Shown here one piece after another: positions 25,285-32,000 of a stretch of DNA of 32,000 nucleotides (its first letter is position 1; each line of letters opens with the position of its first letter). The stretch is from positions 1 to 32,000 of the forward strand of contig LFSP01000007.1 in NCBI GenBank assembly GCA_001513145.1. Direction: 5' to 3'. Below the pieces are notes generated by a model. The model saw only the letters and a program-made list of their open reading frames with translations, searched no databases and had not been told where the DNA came from. The DNA is from Clostridia bacterium DTU025. Lineage in GTDB: Bacteria; Bacillota; DTU025. A program made the translations under genes and the position numbers.

Positions 25285-26484
25285 CTACAAGCCCAGGAAA
25301 TCAGCCGGGCGCTCAGCAACGATCCCGAAATGGTGTAGCACGGCCTGAACGGTGCGTTCGGCAGCGCGCCCGTCGCCGTACGGATTGCGCGCCTGCGCCA
25401 TGGCCCTGTGCTGCTCGGGATCGTCCAGGAGCGTCGAAGCAGCCTCCACTATGTTGCGCCTCTCGACTCCCACCAACCGCAGGGTGCCGGCCTCTACACC
25501 TTCCGGCCTCTCGGTGGTGCGCCTGAGCACCAGCACCGGCACGTTGAACGCCGGCGCCTCTTCCTGAAGCCCTCCGGAGTCAGACATCACCAGGTAGCTG
25601 CGCTTCAACAACCCCACCATATCAGGGTAGCTCAGAGGCTCCACCAGAACGCAGCGGCTAACCTGGCTGAGTGTCTCGAGAACGGTCCGGCTAACCCTCG
25701 GATTGGGATGCACAGGCATGACAGCTACCGTATCCGGGTGGGATTCCAGCACGTCGCGCACGGCCTCGCAGATGTTCTTGAGCGGCTCTCCTATGCTCTC
25801 CCGACGGTGCGCCGTCACAGTAACCAGGCGCCTGCCCTCGAGCTCAAGCGCCCTAAGCACGGGGTTCTCGAACTCCATGCGTCGCGCCGCCACGTCGAGC
25901 ACCGCGTCGACAACGGTATTGCCGGTGACGTATATGGATGACGGGTCCACGTTCTCAGCCACGAGGTTGGCCTTATACTGGGCTGTGGGCGCGAAGTGTA
26001 GCTCCGCTATGCACCCCACTAGCCTCCTGTTCATCTCCTCGGGGAACGGCTCGTAACGCCTGAAGGTTCGCAGCCCGGCCTCCACATGGCCCACGGGTAT
26101 CTGCATGTAGAACGCGCTGAGCGCGCCCACGAACGCGGTGGACGTGTCGCCGTGCACCAACACCAGGTCAGGCTTCTCCCTCTCCAGCACCTCGCGCATG
26201 CGGGGCAGCCCGCGCTCCACGATGTCGAAGAGGGTCTGGTCGTCTCGCATGATCCCGAGGTCGTAGTCGACGCCGATGTCGAACACCCTCAGGACCTGGT
26301 CCATCATCTCCCGATGCTGAGCCGTGCCCACCGTGACCGAACACACCAGATCTGAATGCCGCCTGAGCTCGTTGACAACCGGTGCTAGCTTGATCGTATC
26401 CGGCCTGGTGCCGAAGACTGACAGGACCTTTACGCGCCTCCCGCCCATGCCCATCCTCGTGCCCATCCCCATACCCGTGTCCAT
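25285..26484 (-). CDS. wecB: UDP-N-acetylglucosamine 2-epimerase (non-hydrolysing), WecB/MnaA
   Basis: KVLSVFGTRPDTIKLAPVV, VLVHGDTSTAF, HVEAGLRTF and SDSGGLQEEAP motifs. The N-terminal MG-rich run makes the start uncertain (possibly ATG 26448). Confidence 0.9.
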   Translation of the reverse strand: MDTGMGMGTRMGMGGRRVKVLSVFGTRPDTIKLAPVVNELRRHSDLVCSVTVGTAQHREMMDQVLRVFDIGVDYDLGIMRDDQTLFDIVERGLPRMREVLEREKPDLVLVHGDTSTAFVGALSAFYMQIPVGHVEAGLRTFRRYEPFPEEMNRRLVGCIAELHFAPTAQYKANLVAENVDPSSIYVTGNTVVDAVLDVAARRMEFENPVLRALELEGRRLVTVTAHRRESIGEPLKNICEAVRDVLESHPDTVAVMPVHPNPRVSRTVLETLSQVSRCVLVEPLSYPDMVGLLKRSYLVMSDSGGLQEEAPAFNVPVLVLRRTTERPEGVEAGTLRLVGVERRNIVEAASTLLDDPEQHRAMAQARNPYGDGRAAERTVQAVLHHFGIVAERPADFLGL

Positions 26485-26543
26485 GGTCGAGTGCCTCCTG
26501 TAATCGCCCTAGCCCTGGGTACCGAGCATTCGCGCAACTGACG

Positions 26544-27578
26544 CTACCGCTTGCCGTCGCCAGATCCCAGCTTCAGCAACCCGGACTTGTCGCCCAGCAG
26601 TATCAGAACTCCGAAAGCCGCCAGCGCCCCGCCTGTGCCGATGCGTGTATCCGCCACCACCACTCCGCACGCCGCCACCGCCAGACACGCGCTGACCGCA
26701 TACACGGTGAGCACAGCCTTCGTATGCGAAAGACCCATGGCCAGCAGGCGGTGGTGCACATGATCCAGGTCCCGCTGCGAGAACGACACGCCCTTTCGCA
26801 CCCTCCGGAGAATCGCAAAGGCGGTATCAATTATAGGAACTCCCATCACCAGCACAGGCACAGCCAGCACCAGGGTGGCAGGGGTCTTGAGGGCTCCCAT
26901 GGCGGAAAGGCCAGCAACAGTTAGCCCCAGGAACATGGCCCCCGAGTCTCCCATGAAGATGCTGGCAGGGTGGAAGTTGTACCGCAGGAACCCAAGGGCG
27001 CTACCGATCAACGCCACCGACAGCACGATCAGTCTCGGCTGCCCCTTGTACCCCGCCGCGAATGCCATGGCTACGGCGCCGATTATCGTGACCCCGGCTG
27101 CCAACCCGTCCAGTCCGTCCATGAAGTTGACCACGTTCATGAAGGCGGCGATCCACAGCACGGTTAGGGGGCCCGAAAGCCAGCTGAGGTAGATCATCCC
27201 GCCGAACGGATTCGTCACGAACTCGATACGTACGTCGCCGACGAACATGACCGCACAGGCGGCCAGTAGCTGCCCGAGGAACTTCGTCCTGGGCCTCAGC
27301 TCCCACTTATCGTCGGCGACGCCCAACAGCACTGCAACGGCGCCGCCCACCAGCACGCCGAAGGTGTTCCTGTCAACCCCCGCTGTGAGCAGCGCCGCGA
27401 TGACGAATGCTGCGTACATGGCCACACCCCCCAGAAGGGGAGTGGGTATGTCGTGGACGTGGCGGCGCCTAGGCCGGTCCACGATGTCCAGCTTCAGCGC
27501 TACTTGCCGCACCACAGGAGTGAACAGCAGCGACAGCGATGTGGATACGGCTAGAGCCAACAGCACTCTGGTGGACAA
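26544..27578 (-). CDS. undecaprenyl-phosphate GlcNAc-1-phosphate transferase (glycosyltransferase family 4, TagO/WecA/MraY-like)
   Basis: Polytopic membrane protein with VDRPRRRHVHDIPTPLLGGVAMY, NVVNFMDGLDGLAAG and FMGDSGAMFLG motifs. Confidence 0.85.
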   Translation of the reverse strand: MSTRVLLALAVSTSLSLLFTPVVRQVALKLDIVDRPRRRHVHDIPTPLLGGVAMYAAFVIAALLTAGVDRNTFGVLVGGAVAVLLGVADDKWELRPRTKFLGQLLAACAVMFVGDVRIEFVTNPFGGMIYLSWLSGPLTVLWIAAFMNVVNFMDGLDGLAAGVTIIGAVAMAFAAGYKGQPRLIVLSVALIGSALGFLRYNFHPASIFMGDSGAMFLGLTVAGLSAMGALKTPATLVLAVPVLVMGVPIIDTAFAILRRVRKGVSFSQRDLDHVHHRLLAMGLSHTKAVLTVYAVSACLAVAACGVVVADTRIGTGGALAAFGVLILLGDKSGLLKLGSGDGKR

Positions 27579-27597
27579 GGCAATGCACTCCGTTGCA

Positions 27598-28062
27598 TCA
27601 TTTCTTCGGGAAGACGGATATCTCCACGCCCGCTTCGCTCAGCATCTGCCTCGCCAGCTCGTCAGGGTAGTCCCCGCGGAACACCACCCGCGCAACGCCG
27701 GCGTTTATCAGCATCTTGGCGCACACGACGCAGGGGTGGTGCGTGCAGTACACCGTGGCTCCTGCCAGCTTGGCACCGTGCAGAGCGGCCTGGATTATGA
27801 CGTTCTGCTCAGCGTGGAGGCCGCGGCACAGCTCGTGCCGCTCGCCAGAGGGCACCCCCTGTTGCTGCCTGATGCAGCCGACCTCGCCGCAGTGCCGCAT
27901 CCCCACCGGGGCTCCGTTGTATCCGGTGGCCAGTATCTGCTTGTTCAGCACTGCCACCGCCCCCACCTGCCTTCTCAAGCAGGTGGATCTCTTGGCTGCG
28001 ACCTGAGCTATCTCCATGAAATACTCGTCCCACGAGGGACGGCTCGCATCGTTGAGCTCCAT
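27598..28062 (-). CDS. comEB: dCMP deaminase (ComEB-type cytidine/deoxycytidylate deaminase)
   Basis: [20 protein letters not shown], zinc motifs HAEQNVI and [17 protein letters not shown] prefer ATG 28062, 4 nt after the upp stop. The track start 28125 overlaps upp. Confidence 0.85.
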   Translation of the reverse strand: MELNDASRPSWDEYFMEIAQVAAKRSTCLRRQVGAVAVLNKQILATGYNGAPVGMRHCGEVGCIRQQQGVPSGERHELCRGLHAEQNVIIQAALHGAKLAGATVYCTHHPCVVCAKMLINAGVARVVFRGDYPDELARQMLSEAGVEISVFPKK

Positions 28063-28066
28063 GGCG

Positions 28067-29150
<1,084 letters not shown>

Positions 29151-29154
<4 letters not shown>

Positions 29155-29627
29155 TCACATACACCTCGATCCGCCTGGAGGTCCAAACCGTCGAGCACCT
29201 TCTTCAGGGCCTCGGCTATCTGATCTCGAGTCCTTCGGTACACGTCCACAGACATCATGAAGGGATCGGCGATGTCGAAGTCGGCAAGCTTCCTGGCTTT
29301 ACCCGCCGCGTCAGGCCTCATCCTGAGCACGGCGTCGAGATGGTGTCCTTCCATGGCGAGCACCAGGTCAGCCTCGTCGATCATCTCCGGCCTGAGCCTT
29401 CGGGACCGGTGCCCGCTGATATCGATGCCCATCTCGGCCATGGCTGTTACAGCGTTGGACGACGCACTCTGCCCGTCAAGGGCCGACACGCCTGCCGACT
29501 CCGCGACGATGCCGCGGTCGGAGTAACCTGCCCGCCGGGCCAAGTGTGCCAAGAGCGCCTGGGCCATCGGACTCCGACAGGTGTTTCCACCACAGACCAT
29601 CAGGACCCTAAACGGCATCACCCACAC
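29151..29627 (-). CDS. low-molecular-weight protein phosphatase (YwlE-like arginine/tyrosine phosphatase)
   Basis: P-loop VLMVCGGNTCRSPMAQ and DIADPF near the C-terminus. The start could be ATG 29618 instead of GTG 29627. Confidence 0.85.
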
Positions 29628-29658
29628 CGCCCTTCAAAAAGGTTTCGTCTATTATCGG

Positions 29659-30840
29659 TCATTTCCTGCACTCTTCGCACAGAAACACGACCCTGCCCCC
29701 AGCGGCCCTCATCAGCCTGTTCATCACCGCGAGCCCTATACCTGCCACGGGATACGACTCCGCAAGGATCAGGCTGACGCTCGCCTGGTCCAGCTCTCGC
29801 ATGCGACCGAAAAGCGCCGAGGCCACTCCCTCAAGAGCTCCGCGCGACCCCACCGCAGACAGCACGACGTCCTCCCGCTCCAACAGGTCGGGCCTCCGCG
29901 CCCTTATGTGGTCCAGCGTCTCGACGCTCACCAACAGCCCCACCTTTGTGCCACCGGCGCCCGCCCGGCGCCCCGAAAGCCCAGCGCCAGCAGGTTCGGA
30001 GCCGCCGTCTTCGCCTGCGCCTATCGCCCGCTGGGCCTCCTGGAGTATGGCCTCAGCCTGCGCCGCATGGTCTCCAATGAAGAGCTTGAGAGGCGCCCTC
30101 GGCGAGTAGTGACGGTGTTTGAGCCCTGGCGACCTGGGCGATTCCACGTCGGTCACGCCTCCGAAGTCGTCGAGCGCCCGCACCCCCGGAACCACCGCCG
30201 CCAGCTGCTCCAGCGACACTCCACCGGGCCTCAGCACCGTGGGCGCGTCGCCTGTGAGGTCCAGCACGGTGGACTCCACCCCGATGCCTGCGGGGCCGCC
30301 GTCAACGATCACGTCCACCCTGCCGGCAAGGTCGGCCCACACGTGCTGGGCGGTGGTGGGACTGGGCCTGCCCGAAACGTTGGCTGACGGCGCCGCCACG
30401 GGCACGCCCGCCTTCTCTATCAGGGCAGACGCCACCGGGTGCGACGGCATGCGCACGCCCACAGTGTCAAGCCCCGCGGTGACCGAGGCCGGTATCAGGT
30501 CAGACTTGGGCAGCACCAGGGTGAGCGGTCCGGGCCAGAACGCGCCAGCCAGCGCCGACACCGCGTCAGGCACCTCGCGGACCACTGCAGCCAGCTCGTC
30601 AAGGCGCGCGATGTGGACTATCAGGGGATTGTCGGAGGGACGGCCCTTGGCCGCGAATATCTTGCCCACCGCCAACGGGTCGAGAGCGTTGGCGCCCAGG
30701 CCGTACACGGTTTCAGTGGGGAAAGCCACGGTTCCGCCCTCCCGAAGCACACGGGCGGGCTCCGCCAGAGCCTCCAGAAGCGATTGCCGAGGCATCGCAG
30801 GGTCCACCTTGATGCTCAACGTCTCAGTCAACGCCCTCAC
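29659..30840 (-). CDS. L-threonylcarbamoyladenylate synthase (Sua5/YwlC/TsaC2 type, with C-terminal Sua5 domain)
   Basis: GGTVAFPTETVYGLGANALD, IFAAKGRPSDNPLIVHI, PGPLTLVL and APSANVSGRPSPT. The start is uncertain (the track start overlaps prmC by 17 nt). Confidence 0.9.
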   Translation of the reverse strand: MRALTETLSIKVDPAMPRQSLLEALAEPARVLREGGTVAFPTETVYGLGANALDPLAVGKIFAAKGRPSDNPLIVHIARLDELAAVVREVPDAVSALAGAFWPGPLTLVLPKSDLIPASVTAGLDTVGVRMPSHPVASALIEKAGVPVAAPSANVSGRPSPTTAQHVWADLAGRVDVIVDGGPAGIGVESTVLDLTGDAPTVLRPGGVSLEQLAAVVPGVRALDDFGGVTDVESPRSPGLKHRHYSPRAPLKLFIGDHAAQAEAILQEAQRAIGAGEDGGSEPAGAGLSGRRAGAGGTKVGLLVSVETLDHIRARRPDLLEREDVVLSAVGSRGALEGVASALFGRMRELDQASVSLILAESYPVAGIGLAVMNRLMRAAGGRVVFLCEECRK

Positions 30841-31711
30841 CGCCCTTCATCCTGGCCACGACCACCCTTGGCGTGCCTGCGTAATCCGGCATCACCTCAA
30901 GGTCGCTCCAGCCGTGGGACGCCAGGATCGAGCGCACCTGGTCCGCCTGGCCGTCGCCCACCTCCAGAAGCAGCCAGCCGCCGGGCGCAAGCACCGCCGG
31001 CGCCTCCTGCGCCAGCCTGCGGTAGTAGTGCAGCCCGTCGGGTCCGCCGTCGAGGGCCGCGGCCGGCTCATGCCTTATTTCCTTCTGGAGACTGGGCACG
31101 GCTGAGCTGGCGATGTACGGTGGATTGGACACGACCATCGTCGCGCCGGTCCAGCCGGGCGGCACCGCTTGCACCAAGTCGCCGCAGACCAACGTCACCC
31201 TATCCTCGAGACCAAGCGTCCTAACGTTCTCGGAGGCGTATCGCAAGGCGTCGGCTGAAAGGTCAGTGGCCAGGACCTGGCACCACGGGGCGTAGTGGGC
31301 GATGGCGCAGGCTATGGCGCCGCTGCCGGTGCCAGCATCAATGACGCGGGGCTGCGGCCGCCCCTGCCCCCGGCAAGCCTCCAGCCTCCGGATAGCCTGT
31401 TCCACCAGCACCTCCGTATCCGGCCGCGGGATCAGAACCCCGGGGCCCACTTTCAGGGGCAGGGACATGAATTCCCGCACCCCGGTGATGTATGCCACCG
31501 GAACGCCGCGGGCGCGGCGGATCAGGTCCCGCTTGTAGCGGTCCAGCTCGTCCTGGCTCATGGGCCTGTCGAACTGCACGTAAAGCTGTATCCGCTCGAC
31601 GTTGAGGATGTTTGCCAGAAGCACCTCCGCGTCCAGCCGGGCGCTGGCAACCTGCTGGCGCGCAAGGTAGTCGGTGGCCTTCTTTAGTATCTGTAGCAGC
31701 GTGCGCTGCAT
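30824..31711 (-). CDS. prmC: release-factor glutamine N5-methyltransferase PrmC (HemK)
   Basis: VLIPRPDTE, IDAGTGSGAIA and VVSNPPYI (NPPY) motifs. It lies directly downstream of prfA. Confidence 0.9.
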   Translation of the reverse strand: MQRTLLQILKKATDYLARQQVASARLDAEVLLANILNVERIQLYVQFDRPMSQDELDRYKRDLIRRARGVPVAYITGVREFMSLPLKVGPGVLIPRPDTEVLVEQAIRRLEACRGQGRPQPRVIDAGTGSGAIACAIAHYAPWCQVLATDLSADALRYASENVRTLGLEDRVTLVCGDLVQAVPPGWTGATMVVSNPPYIASSAVPSLQKEIRHEPAAALDGGPDGLHYYRRLAQEAPAVLAPGGWLLLEVGDGQADQVRSILASHGWSDLEVMPDYAGTPRVVVARMKGGEGVD

Positions 31712-31718
31712 CGTCGAC

Positions 31719-32000
31719 TCACTCAGCTCTCTTGAGCTTCTCGCTCTGCTCGTTCAGGATCAGCGCCTCGAGGATCTCGTCCAGGTCGCCGTCGAGAACC
31801 TCAGTCAGTCGGTGGATGGTCAGCCCGATCCTGTGATCGGTGACGCGGTTCTGAGGGAAGTTGTAAGTCCTAATTCGCTCAGACCTGTCCCCGGTTCCCA
31901 CCTGGCTCTTGCGCGCCTCCGCGATGCCCGCCTCCTGCTCAGCGCGGGCCTTCTCCAACAGCCGCGCCCGCAGCACCTTCATGGCCTTCTCCCTGTTCTT
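31719..32000 (-). CDS. prfA: peptide chain release factor 1, C-terminal part (5' end outside window)
   Basis: The frame stays open to the window edge. [38 protein letters not shown] is the conserved RF1 C-terminus. Confidence 0.9.
   Translation of the reverse strand, partial: KNREKAMKVLRARLLEKARAEQEAGIAEARKSQVGTGDRSERIRTYNFPQNRVTDHRIGLTIHRLTEVLDGDLDEILEALILNEQSEKLKRAE

Noticed and set aside
23806-25526. A cluster of overlapping ORFs on both strands across the repeat array, with recurring peptides such as SPPSGGAHLDLLLQKEEYSNSD.
   Set aside because: The 242-bp period is not divisible by 3, so successive copies fall in different frames. The ORFs overlap each other on both strands, lack RBS-spaced starts, and exist only because stops are rare at this GC content.

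Overview
Visibly GC-rich bacterial chromosome segment, tightly packed. Every gene I can support (about 30) is on the minus strand. The plus-strand ORFs in the track look like high-GC shadow frames. Reading in the minus-strand direction of transcription (high to low coordinates) there are three blocks. (A) 32000-25285 holds housekeeping genes in an order I recall from Bacillus: prfA(partial)-prmC-sua5/ywlC-ywlE-rpiB-upp, then dCMP deaminase, tagO/wecA-type GlcNAc-1-P transferase and UDP-GlcNAc 2-epimerase. (B) 23730-17522 is a sporulation/wall block: murA-spoIID-SpoIIQ-like degenerate LytM protein-spoIIID-divergent MreB/Mbl paralogue-SpoIVB-like S55 peptidase. (C) 17376-1 is an outer-membrane biogenesis cluster. 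It contains TamB-like, BamA, Skp, one ORF fusing an LptF/G permease to an LptD barrel, LptC-like and LptA-like. It continues with an FtsX/MacB-like permease carrying a ~600-aa periplasmic domain plus its ATPase, an LpxB-like GT19 enzyme, LptB, a DUF3084-like coiled-coil membrane protein and an SLH/coiled-coil OM tether that runs off the window edge. Endospore genes together with LPS/OM machinery suggest a diderm sporulating Firmicute (Limnochordia/Negativicutes-like); this is inference only. Two things stand out. The first is the LptF/G-LptD single ORF, whose junction looks like an extra TM helix or an internal signal peptide. The second is a 1.55-kb non-coding gap between the epimerase and murA. 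That gap holds about 4.5 head-to-tail copies of a 242-bp unit, each carrying three CTCCTCC-N4-GGAGGAG hairpin-capable palindromes. No tRNA, rRNA, CRISPR or mobile element was recognised.
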